A stretch of 64,000 nucleotides of DNA from Smithellaceae bacterium (GTDB lineage: Bacteria; Desulfobacterota; Syntrophia; Syntrophales; Smithellaceae). The DNA is taken from NCBI GenBank assembly GCA_963667845.2, contig CAXXVL010000002.1, forward strand, positions 2,752,001 through 2,816,000, read 5' to 3'. Below are positions 47,357 through 56,370 of the stretch, piece after piece. A model generated the notes under the pieces. That model was given only the letters and a program-made list of their open reading frames with translations. It was not told the origin of the DNA and made no database searches. The translations under genes and the position numbers were made by a program. How positions within the stretch are numbered: the first letter of the stretch is position 1; each line of letters starts with the position of its first letter.

Positions 47357-47596
47357 AAAATCATGATGCTGCTTCAAGTTAAAAAGGCTGCTCTCCCGAA
47401 AGACAAGGGGGGCAGCCTTTCTTGTCACTATAGGTTTCCATCAATAACCTCGTCATGCCGACGAATACGAGTCCCTTGCGAATAAACTTCCCCGCTCCTG
47501 TTGGGCGGGGATCAAGGGGAGGGGCGATGCTTGTTGCAATTACTGAATCAATGGAAAACAAAACGTTTCTCTATTTACTCTAATCTCTAAAAGGTG

Positions 47597-47775
47597 GCAG
47601 CTGAACCGGCCCCTACCGTGAGCAGATGCCCTGCAACTGTGGCTCTAAGCTCATTGCGCGAGAGCCGAAAACTCGCCCTGCGGGCTCAAACAGTTCGGCT
47701 CTTTGTCCCTCCATTTCGTTAAGAGCCACAACGTTTCGGGCATAATCCGCTCACGGCATGGGCCGGTTCAACTGC
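47597..47775. repeat. 179-nt nested imperfect palindrome upstream of the recombinase pair
   Basis: Five successive inverted-repeat pairs plus an apical GCCC/GGGC hairpin (see findings). Confidence 0.88.
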
Positions 47776-47984
47776 TTTCTTATATTGAAAGCAACTCTTC
47801 TTATTAGAAAAGAATACAAACTACTCACGTTTTTGTAAGAGGCTGAGTTACTGTGAGGGAAGATGCGAAAATTGATAATAAAACTTTCTTCCTGCTATAC
47901 GTACCAAGTGGATGTTTGACAGATAAATAAATATTGGTCATCATCTATCTGCTTTTCTTGATGATTTAAGAAAAGGAGGCAGAA

Positions 47985-49136
47985 ATGACCCACATAGAGA
48001 GTATAGTACAGAAGACAGATTTATCATCTGAAAGCATAATCTCACCCGCCGTTAAGACACCTGATTATCATCAAACGAGATTGCGTTTCACATCCCACCA
48101 TGAGGAAAACATAGAAGCCCTTGGCAAGATTCTGAAGCGTCTTTCAGGAATGGGTTTACCGGGGAAGGAACATGTGGAGAGTTATCTTCGCTACCTGACC
48201 AGACGTAACCGCAAACCAAGAACATTGCACAGCCGTTACGAAGCGATAGTCATTTTTGTTGGCATGATCAGGGATAACGGCAGGACACGCCTTGAAGAAA
48301 TCACACGAAAAGACATAGAGGCATTTATCGAGCACGAGCAGGACAGGGGCAATAAGATTACAACGATAAGAACAAAACTTGTGAGCGTTCAGGCCTTTCT
48401 TCGTTACCTCATGGAGGAAGAGATTGTTTCCTCGGATATATTCAGCAGGAGGATACGACTGCGATTACCGGAACGGCTGCCTAAAGCCATTGATCCGGAA
48501 GATTTGCGGAAGTTTCTTTCCGTCATTAAAGACACGCGAGACCGGGCCATGATTCTGATTCTGTTGCGAACGGGAATGCGGATAGGCGAACTGCTGAACA
48601 CGAAGGTAATGGATGTCCACATTAAGGAACGGAATATCGAGATTTACGAAGGTGAAAAAAACCGTTTGGGTAGAGTGGTCTACCTCAGCGAGGATGCTGT
48701 TTCTGCTTTGCGGAAATGGTTGAAGGAGAGAGACACCTGGGAGGAGTATCTCTTTTATAGCCCCTCTGGGGGAACGGATACGATGTCCTACAGTGCCGCC
48801 TGGATGATCTTTCATAAATATCTAGTAAAGGCAGGATTAACTCACAAGGGTTATAGCCTTCATGCTCTCAGGCATACCTTTGCCACAGAGCTTCTCAATG
48901 CCGGCATGCGCCTGGAGTGCCTGCAGGTATTGCTGGGACACCGGTCCATAGAAGAGACGAGACGATACGCCCAGCTTACCGATAAGACCCGGGAGGAAGA
49001 ATATTTTAAAGCCATGTCCAAGATAGAGAGGAGGAACAAGAATGATGATGACCGACACGATCATGAACTGGAGGCGGTTTTTGAAACGGAGAAACTGCTC
49101 ACCCAATACCGTGAAAAACTATCTGAACATCATTAG
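47985..49136 (+). CDS. Tyrosine recombinase/integrase 1
   Basis: RTGMRIGE, HALRH, LLGH, RRY catalytic residues; AGGAGG RBS. Confidence 0.93.
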   Translation: MTHIESIVQKTDLSSESIISPAVKTPDYHQTRLRFTSHHEENIEALGKILKRLSGMGLPGKEHVESYLRYLTRRNRKPRTLHSRYEAIVIFVGMIRDNGRTRLEEITRKDIEAFIEHEQDRGNKITTIRTKLVSVQAFLRYLMEEEIVSSDIFSRRIRLRLPERLPKAIDPEDLRKFLSVIKDTRDRAMILILLRTGMRIGELLNTKVMDVHIKERNIEIYEGEKNRLGRVVYLSEDAVSALRKWLKERDTWEEYLFYSPSGGTDTMSYSAAWMIFHKYLVKAGLTHKGYSLHALRHTFATELLNAGMRLECLQVLLGHRSIEETRRYAQLTDKTREEEYFKAMSKIERRNKNDDDRHDHELEAVFETEKLLTQYREKLSEHH

Positions 49137-49935
49137 GCACTTTGTCATCTGGGTGGATGTTCCATTGGAGGAGGCGACACACTTAACGATCTCGCACTAC
49201 ATTGATCACCTGATGAGGAAAAGGCTGGCTCCCAAGACCATAAACTGCCATGTAAACTGTATTCGCCAGTTTTACCATTACCTGCGTGATGAAGAAGGAT
49301 TAACCATTATCAATCCTGTCCGCAGAAGCCACATCCAGAAGATGTCTCGTCCTCTACCCCGGCATTTAAGGGACGAACAGGTGGAAGACTTTTTTAAAGT
49401 TGTAAAAGGTTACCGTGATAAAGCGATGTTCATGCTGATGCTGCGTTGCGGATTAAGGGTGGAGGAAGTAGCCAACCTTACCATGGGTGTTATAGACGTC
49501 AAACGTAGAACTATCTTGGTTGAGGACGGTAAGGGAGGAAAAGACCGGATCGTCTACATGAGCAATGATGTTCTTCAAGCCCTTTCATGCTACCTGAAAG
49601 TAAGGTCGGCAGCCAGGGCAAGAAAAATCTTTCTGTCCGAAAAGGGAGAATCCAAAGGGCAGCCTATCTCCATTCGCGGCATTCAGAGGCGCATGGAACG
49701 TTATGCCCGCAAAGCGAAGATCAAATTATCCTGTCATCATCTCCGGCACACAATGGCCACACAGATGTTGAATGCCGATGCTGACCTCTCCACCATCCAG
49801 GATCTTTTAGGACACAGCAGCGTTAAGACCACGCAACGTTATTGTCGTATATCAAATCTTAAAGTACAGCGGGATTACTTTAAAGCTATGGAGGTGATTA
49901 TGCAACGAACGGTTTGCAGCCAACACAGTCCTTGA
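49042..49935 (+). CDS. Tyrosine recombinase/integrase 2 (overlaps recombinase 1)
   Basis: SPNTVKNY, RCGLRVEE, GKGGKDR, HHLRH, LLGH, QRY. Confidence 0.93.
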   Translation: MMMTDTIMNWRRFLKRRNCSPNTVKNYLNIIRHFVIWVDVPLEEATHLTISHYIDHLMRKRLAPKTINCHVNCIRQFYHYLRDEEGLTIINPVRRSHIQKMSRPLPRHLRDEQVEDFFKVVKGYRDKAMFMLMLRCGLRVEEVANLTMGVIDVKRRTILVEDGKGGKDRIVYMSNDVLQALSCYLKVRSAARARKIFLSEKGESKGQPISIRGIQRRMERYARKAKIKLSCHHLRHTMATQMLNADADLSTIQDLLGHSSVKTTQRYCRISNLKVQRDYFKAMEVIMQRTVCSQHSP

Positions 49936-50104
49936 CGAAAGAACAAAAATATGAAAACTCATGCAATGTACAACTGATTAACATCAATAAGAAAAGCAGA
50001 ATTTGGTTCGTATAGCTTCCTGTAATTCGCACTTGAAATAATACCCCTAAAAATGCATGATTACAAACAGTAATCGTATATCTATCCTCATTGGAGAACA
50101 TATC

Positions 50105-53100
50105 GTGCCCGAATCCCTGCGCATCCTTATTCTGGAAGATAACCCCGCCGATGCCGAGCTGGTTCAATTTGAACTGCAGGAGGCCGGGTTAATTTTCACT
50201 GCAAAAGTGGTGATGACTAAAAAAGATTTCGTCCATGAACTCCGGGGATGCTCCCCCGATCTCATCCTTTCCGACTATGACCTGCCCGCTTACAATGGCG
50301 CTTTAGCGCTGGCCGAGGCGAAAAAAAGATGCCCGGATGTCCCTTTTATTCTGGTCACCGGTGCGGTCAGCGAAGACCGTGCCATTGAAATTCTTACCCA
50401 GGGGGCCAAGGATTACGTTCTGAAAACCAGACTTGCACAGCGTCTTGTGCCGGCTGTCCAGAGAGCACTTGCCGAAGCCGAAGAGCATAAGGCGCGAAAA
50501 CTGGCGGAAGCTGAACTCCGTGAATCTCACAGAACCTTGGAGGAGAGGGTCAGGATCAGGACAGCGGAACTGGAAGCAGAGATGGCGGCGCGAAAGAAGA
50601 GGGATGACGACTTGCGACTGAGCGAGGAGCGATATCGCGGCGTGGTGGAGAATACAACGGCCATCATCCTTCGCATTGATCCCAGCGGTGTCATCAACTT
50701 TGCAAACAGCCGGGCGCTGGAGTTCTTCGGCTACACGGCGGATGAACTGATCGGCAGGCACGCCGTCGGCTCGATCGTTCCCGCAAGCGAAAGCACGGGC
50801 CGCGATCTTGCAGCAATGGTCGGCGAGATCATGGCTGACCCGGATAGATTCCACTCGAACGCCAATGAAAACATCTGCAAGGACGGTCGGCGTGTGTGGC
50901 TGGAATGGACAAACTCCAACATTTACTCGGCCGACAGCCGTCTGAGGGAGATCCTGTGCGTCGGGATCGACGCGACGGACCGTAAGCGGGCGGAGGATGC
51001 TCTCAAACTACATGCTGCTATCATGGAAACCGTGGCGGAAGGTATCTTTCTTGTTGGATTGGATGACAACATCATCAAATGGGCAAATCGCAAATTCGAA
51101 CAGCTATTCGGATATGACCCAGGCGAAATGGTCGGGATGCACGTCGATAGGGTCAATGCTCCAACAAAGCAGACTCCTGCAGAAGCCAGGATCTCGATTG
51201 TGGATGTCCTCCGGCAGGCCGGGGAATGGCACGGGGAGATTGAAAATATCAAGAAAGATGGAACACATTTTTGGTGCCGTATCCATGTCTCTCTCTTCAA
51301 CCATCCTGAATTCGGAACCGTGATGGTTTCGGCACACACCGATATCACCGAGCGCAAGAAAATGGAGGATGCACTGCGGGTTTCGGAAGAGCGATTCTCC
51401 AAGGCATTTAAGAACGGTCCCAATGCCATTACAATAACCCGACTAAGCGATGGTAAAATAATAGAAGGGAATGATTCAGTCTATGAGCTTTTAGGGTACA
51501 ATCATGATGAAGTGATTGGCAAAACAACATTCGATTTGGGAATATGGGCTGATGCGGATGAGCGGGTCAAACTGACACAGGGTCTTGCGGCAAAAGGGTT
51601 CATTCGAAATCAGGAATTCACCTTATTAAGAAAAGACAGAACGCGTGTCATTGTTGATCTGGGTGCATCGCTGATCAATATCGACAATCAGCCGTGTTTC
51701 CTGACTTCGTTTATTGACATCACCAAGCGCAAGCTGGCCGAAGAAACGCTCAATCGGAGCTGGAAGATGTTTGCCCAGTTGATCGAGGGCTCACCGTTCG
51801 GCACCTACATCGTTGATTCCGAGTTCCGCATCGCGATGATGAACGCCTCCTCGCAAGACGGAGCGTTCCGCAACGTGCGACCCATCATCGGACGTCCCTT
51901 TGACGAGGCCATGCGCATCCTCTGGCCCGAACCCGTCGCCGCGGAAATCATTGGCCACTTCCGCCACACCCTCGAAACCGGCGAGCCTTACTACTCGCCC
52001 ATCTTCATCAACCCGCGCCACGACGTTGAAATCGTCGAAGCGTACGAGTGGGAGCTCCACCGTATGAATCTTCCCGACGGGCAATACGGCGTCATCTGCT
52101 ATTACTTCGATTCAACGAAACTGCGAGAGGCCGAGAAGGCTCTGAAGGAAAGCGAGCAAAAATATCGTTCAATCTTCGAGAACAGCCTGGATGCCATCTT
52201 TCTGGCAACCCCCAATCGGCAAGTTCTGAACGCCAATCCGGCAGCCTGTGCGATATTCGGGATGACGGAAGAAGAACTTTGCCGGGCCGGACGCAGAGGG
52301 ATCGAAGATCCGACGGATCCCCGCCACGCCGCCGCGGTGGAAGAACGCGCCCGATTGGGCAGGGTTAAATATGAAGCAACACATGTAAGAAGTGACGGCT
52401 CCAGGTTCCCCTCCGAAGTCAGCTCGGTGATCATGGAAGGTGGACGGCGGTCCCTCGTTATTCTCCGTGACATCACCGAGCGCAAGAAGGCCGAAGAGGC
52501 GCTGCGGGAGAGCGAAGAGCGGTTCCGCGTCGCGCAGGAGCTTTCGCCGGATGGGTTCGCCATCCTGCGGCCTGTCCGCGACAGCGAGGGACGCATCGTC
52601 GATTTCACGTTTGTCTATGAGAATGCCGCGATTGCCCGCATAAATGGCACCGACCCGGCGGCGGTGGTGGGCAGGCGTCTCTCGGAATTCCTGCCCGCTC
52701 ACAGCCAGAGCCCTTTTCATGAGGCCCATGCGCATGTGGCCGACACCGGCGAAACCTGCATCATGGAGCGGAAGTACGACGGCGGGGACATACCGAGGCC
52801 CACCTGGTTTCGGGTGGTCGTCGTTCGGACGGGCCAGGATATCGCGATCCTCTCGCAGGACATCACCGAGCGCAAGCAGGCGGAGGAGGCGATGAAAATA
52901 CAGGCAAGGCAAACGGAAGAGGCCAACAAAGAACTCGAAAGCTTCAGCTATTCCGTTTCCCATGATCTTCGGGCGCCTCTGCGGGCCATTGACGGTTTCT
53001 CCCGTAAGCTTGAACGCGAATACAAAGACAAGATCGATGAGAATTTCGCCGCAACGATAAACGTTATTCGCAGCAACACCAAGGCCATGGGGAATCTGAT

Positions 53101-53605
53101 TGAAGATCTTCTGTCTTTTTCCAAGGTGCAAAATACCGGCATGAGCATGGCCATCATTGACATGCACCAGCTGGCTGCCGAAGTATGGAATGACATCCTT
53201 GATGCTAATAAACAGCGTGCGCTGAAATTCAAGGCAGGCAAGATTCTGCCCGGATATGGAGACCGGGCTCTTATCCGGCAGGTGCTTTTCAATCTTCTTT
53301 CCAATGCGGTTAAGTTCACGAAAAATCGGAAACCGGCCGTCATTGAAGTAAACGGCTATCTCGAGTCCGGCAAAATCGTCTATAGTGTGAAGGATAATGG
53401 GGCCGGGTTTGATATGGAATATTATGACAAGCTTTTTGGCGTCTTCCAGCGCCTTCATAGTCATAAAGAGTATGATGGCACGGGTATAGGACTTGCGATT
53501 GTTCAACGCATTATCAAACGCCACGGTGGTGACGTATGGGCAGACGGGGGAATAAATAAAGGGGCCACTTTTTATTTTTCGCTGCCTTCCCTTTCAAAAA
53601 ATTAG
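50105..53605 (+). CDS. Hybrid sensor kinase: REC + 6 PAS + HisKA + HATPase
   Basis: LILEDN..DLILSDY receiver; six PAS modules ending in D(I/A/S)TxxK/R-type linkers; SVSHDLRAPL H-box; NAVKF, DNGAGF, GTGIGL. GTG start with GGAGA RBS. Confidence 0.93.
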   Translation: MPESLRILILEDNPADAELVQFELQEAGLIFTAKVVMTKKDFVHELRGCSPDLILSDYDLPAYNGALALAEAKKRCPDVPFILVTGAVSEDRAIEILTQGAKDYVLKTRLAQRLVPAVQRALAEAEEHKARKLAEAELRESHRTLEERVRIRTAELEAEMAARKKRDDDLRLSEERYRGVVENTTAIILRIDPSGVINFANSRALEFFGYTADELIGRHAVGSIVPASESTGRDLAAMVGEIMADPDRFHSNANENICKDGRRVWLEWTNSNIYSADSRLREILCVGIDATDRKRAEDALKLHAAIMETVAEGIFLVGLDDNIIKWANRKFEQLFGYDPGEMVGMHVDRVNAPTKQTPAEARISIVDVLRQAGEWHGEIENIKKDGTHFWCRIHVSLFNHPEFGTVMVSAHTDITERKKMEDALRVSEERFSKAFKNGPNAITITRLSDGKIIEGNDSVYELLGYNHDEVIGKTTFDLGIWADADERVKLTQGLAAKGFIRNQEFTLLRKDRTRVIVDLGASLINIDNQPCFLTSFIDITKRKLAEETLNRSWKMFAQLIEGSPFGTYIVDSEFRIAMMNASSQDGAFRNVRPIIGRPFDEAMRILWPEPVAAEIIGHFRHTLETGEPYYSPIFINPRHDVEIVEAYEWELHRMNLPDGQYGVICYYFDSTKLREAEKALKESEQKYRSIFENSLDAIFLATPNRQVLNANPAACAIFGMTEEELCRAGRRGIEDPTDPRHAAAVEERARLGRVKYEATHVRSDGSRFPSEVSSVIMEGGRRSLVILRDITERKKAEEALRESEERFRVAQELSPDGFAILRPVRDSEGRIVDFTFVYENAAIARINGTDPAAVVGRRLSEFLPAHSQSPFHEAHAHVADTGETCIMERKYDGGDIPRPTWFRVVVVRTGQDIAILSQDITERKQAEEAMKIQARQTEEANKELESFSYSVSHDLRAPLRAIDGFSRKLEREYKDKIDENFAATINVIRSNTKAMGNLIEDLLSFSKVQNTGMSMAIIDMHQLAAEVWNDILDANKQRALKFKAGKILPGYGDRALIRQVLFNLLSNAVKFTKNRKPAVIEVNGYLESGKIVYSVKDNGAGFDMEYYDKLFGVFQRLHSHKEYDGTGIGLAIVQRIIKRHGGDVWADGGINKGATFYFSLPSLSKN

Positions 53606-53649
53606 GATTGCTCCATAAGCCAACTGGATAGTATTTGCCCAACATTTCC

Positions 53650-53763
53650 GATGGTGCACCGCACGCTTTTTTCGCAGATTATCGCCCCAGTTATCGGGCA
53701 GAAGCAGCCAAAGACGCTTGGAATCGCCGCATCGCATGGTTCAAAGGACACCTTGAAGAATAA
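53650..53763 (+). pseudogene. C-terminal remnant of a dienelactone hydrolase
   Basis: Translates [37 protein letters not shown]; in-frame TAG at 53629-53631, rest of gene absent. Confidence 0.75.
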
Positions 53764-53902
53764 TTTCAGGTTTTCTTGCTGGTTCTGGAGCGCAAACCCA
53801 TGGTACTGAACAACGGAGTCCCTTCTGACATTGTGAACTACCGGAGGCTGTCGAGCACATCAACGATCATTGAAAGTATTCAAATAAGAAAGGGGAAGGA
53901 AA

Positions 53903-54394
53903 ATGGCTATTGAGAAATTCCCTATCGAAGCGGGACATATTATGATGTTCGCGAGAGCCGTTGGGGACGCGAATCCGATTTATTCCGATGAAGCATATGC
54001 AAAAAAGGCGCAGCCGGGCGGCATTATCGCACCTCCGACTTTTGCGCAGTCGAGCGCTCAATTCGATCCTGATTTTTTCCTGCGTCCGAAAATCGGGAAG
54101 CCCTGGTTCGGCTCGGGCAAAGAGCCGACAGGTATGAAGCCTGGCGAAGGTCCGGGAGGCGCAGTCCGTGGCCTCCATGCAGAGCAGCATTTTGAATATC
54201 ACCGCCACATCCATCCCGGCGACGTGCTGACCGCAACCGTGAAACCGGGGAAGAAATGGGAAAAGGAAGGGCGACGTTCCGGGAAGTTGTTCTTCAGCGA
54301 AATGGTGACCGAGTATCGTGATCAGAAGGGCGAATTGGTTATCACGGCCCGCAATGTAAGCGTGCTGACGGAGCGAGCCGTAGATCAGGGATAA
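53903..54394 (+). CDS. MaoC-like hot-dog dehydratase, N-terminal type (HadA/FAS1-like)
   Basis: IMMFARAVGDANPIY, IAPPTF, LHAEQHFEYHRHIHPGD. Confidence 0.87.
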   Translation: MAIEKFPIEAGHIMMFARAVGDANPIYSDEAYAKKAQPGGIIAPPTFAQSSAQFDPDFFLRPKIGKPWFGSGKEPTGMKPGEGPGGAVRGLHAEQHFEYHRHIHPGDVLTATVKPGKKWEKEGRRSGKLFFSEMVTEYRDQKGELVITARNVSVLTERAVDQG

Positions 54395-54408
54395 GGAGAA
54401 TCCGCACA

Positions 54409-54831
54409 ATGGCATTGAAAGCAAGTAATCTCAAAGTCGGCGACAAATACACCGAAAAAGTCGTTGAAGATTTAAAGCGCACTCAGATAGTCCAATATGC
54501 CGGAGCCTCTGGCGATTACAATCCTGTTCATACAGACGAGGTTTTTGCCACGAAAGTTGCCGGGTACCCTTCCGTGTTCGCGCACGGTATGCTAACTATG
54601 GGTATAACTGGGAAGATGCTCACCAACTGGGTTGGAGACGGGAGGCTGATCAAATACGGCGTCCGTTTTACGAGCCAGGTATGGCCGGGAGATGATCTGA
54701 ATGCAACAGCAACTGTGGAAGCGATTATACAGAAAAATGGCGAGTATTACGTCGATTTGAAAGTTGAAACGACCAACCAGAAAGGCGTCGTCGTATTGAG
54801 TGGGTATGCAAGCGCTCATATCGATCCATAG
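54409..54831 (+). CDS. MaoC-family (R)-hydratase/dehydratase (HadB-like)
   Basis: YAGASGDYNPVHTD hydratase-2 motif, FAHGML, VWPGD. Confidence 0.9.
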   Translation: MALKASNLKVGDKYTEKVVEDLKRTQIVQYAGASGDYNPVHTDEVFATKVAGYPSVFAHGMLTMGITGKMLTNWVGDGRLIKYGVRFTSQVWPGDDLNATATVEAIIQKNGEYYVDLKVETTNQKGVVVLSGYASAHIDP

Positions 54832-55012
54832 TGAACTGCCCACGCATTGCACCTTTCAAAATGTATTTCACACCGTCAGGATTTTTGAACGCCATTTGTT
54901 TGTAGGTGCTTTCTGTACATCCCACGAATAATAAAATTCTCATTTGTCTGGGTAAAGTTTTATAATACTCAAACCCCAAAGACCTCACAGAACAATAAAT
55001 GGGAGGTGCCGC

Positions 55013-55852
55013 ATGATAACCAAAGAAGCAATAACGTTGTTCAAATACTATCTTCAATCCAACCATAAACAAAGAACCATTGAGAGTTACAGACTTCTGC
55101 TGGAGAGATTTGAGGCGATCTATTCGCAGAGAGACATGGAAACCATTGCACCTGATGAGATCTTTCATTTCCTGGAAGACCTGACCAAAGACATGGCGAA
55201 ATCAACACGCAGACTGAGGTATGCCCAGTTGAAAGCCTTTTACAATTTCATCATTGATCGCTGTTCCCTGAATATGAGAAATCCCTGCAGCATGCCGCTG
55301 CTGAGCAAATCCTTCAGAACGCCTAAACAGCAGCCGCATAAGATTTTGGATCGGGAAACTGTGGATGAGATGATCTACAACACAAAGAAACAAAGGGATC
55401 GTTTGATACTGGAACTTCAGGCCCGTTGTGGGTTGCGTATTGGCGAATTACTTAAGATCAAAGCATCGGATGTTGCTGACAGAACCATCACCCTTCGGGA
55501 GCCTAAATCAGGTAAAGAAACGGAAAGAGCCTATATGCCGGAGAACGTATCAAAAAAATTGGCTGAGTATGTCAAAGAGAAAGCCATAAATGGAGAAGAC
55601 CGGATATTCCCCATCTGCTACTCGACGGCAAAATCACTTGTTAAGAGACTCGGGACACAATTGAATGTTCGGGTTGCTCCTCATGATCTCCGAAGATATT
55701 CGGCGACGTATGCCAGCAGAAATGGGGTTCCACTCGAAGTAGTATCGAAAGTAATCTTGAGGCATCAGGACTTGAAGACAACACAAGTTTATCTCGGGAA
55801 AATCAGTGATTCTGAGGCGATCCGATGGATGGACGTTCTACACGGTAAATAA
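55013..55852 (+). CDS. Tyrosine recombinase/integrase 3
   Basis: RCGLRIGE, PKSG, PHDLRR, ILRH, TQVY; GGAGG RBS. Confidence 0.9.
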   Translation: MITKEAITLFKYYLQSNHKQRTIESYRLLLERFEAIYSQRDMETIAPDEIFHFLEDLTKDMAKSTRRLRYAQLKAFYNFIIDRCSLNMRNPCSMPLLSKSFRTPKQQPHKILDRETVDEMIYNTKKQRDRLILELQARCGLRIGELLKIKASDVADRTITLREPKSGKETERAYMPENVSKKLAEYVKEKAINGEDRIFPICYSTAKSLVKRLGTQLNVRVAPHDLRRYSATYASRNGVPLEVVSKVILRHQDLKTTQVYLGKISDSEAIRWMDVLHGK

Positions 55853-56087
55853 CGTCATCGTTGATACCAATTGAAACAGTGAGGTATTTGGGGCAATAAT
55901 TTTATTCATATTTTGTCGGTCATAGCATTCTCTAAGGAAAATATACTCCGTTGCTTCCTGTATTCGTTATTTTTGAATCTTTCCCGGATATTCAATAGTT
56001 CAAATGGAAAGAGATGAATAATTAGAAAAACAAGGCCGGTTTTATCCGGCCTTCAGGATGTGCTCCGAGATGGCTATGGATAACCCC

Positions 56088-56320
56088 TCTGAGATATAAT
56101 GATAGAGATGAGTAAAGGGAAAAGGTTTTTATCAAAGTGCAGACTTATAAAACACACCTTAACTCTGCATATTTCTTGTCTTGACAATGGGGCGGGGTTC
56201 AATCTGAGATATAATGATAGAGATGAGTAAAGGGAAAAGGTTTTTATCAAAGTGCAGACTTATAAAACACACCTTAACTCTGCATATTTCTTGTCTTGAC
56301 AATGGGGCGGGGTTCAATCT
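56088..56320. repeat. Exact 115-bp tandem duplication
   Basis: Copies at 56091-56205 and 56206-56320 with TCT microhomology at the junctions. Confidence 0.93.
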
Positions 56321-56370
56321 TGAGGAAGTGCCCTGTATAGCGAGCAGATGGCGTGTTACTGAATGGACCT

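Larger units (their letters stand above)
47597..55852 (+). mobile_element. Putative tyrosine-recombinase integrative element (recombinase pair + cargo + third recombinase); ends not defined
   Basis: Three XerC/D-like genes, a flanking long palindrome, a gene remnant among the cargo, and more AT-rich, patchier composition than the region to the left (by eye). Confidence 0.55.

Noticed and set aside
52169..53524. 451-aa minus-strand ORF
   Set aside because: Antisense shadow of the sensor kinase.
47985..55852. Integron or prophage
   Set aside because: No IntI-specific insertion evident, no repeated attC sites between cargo genes, and no phage structural genes.
56088..56320. CRISPR array
   Set aside because: Two abutting 115-bp copies with no spacers and no cas genes; the heptamer arrays also lack spacers.
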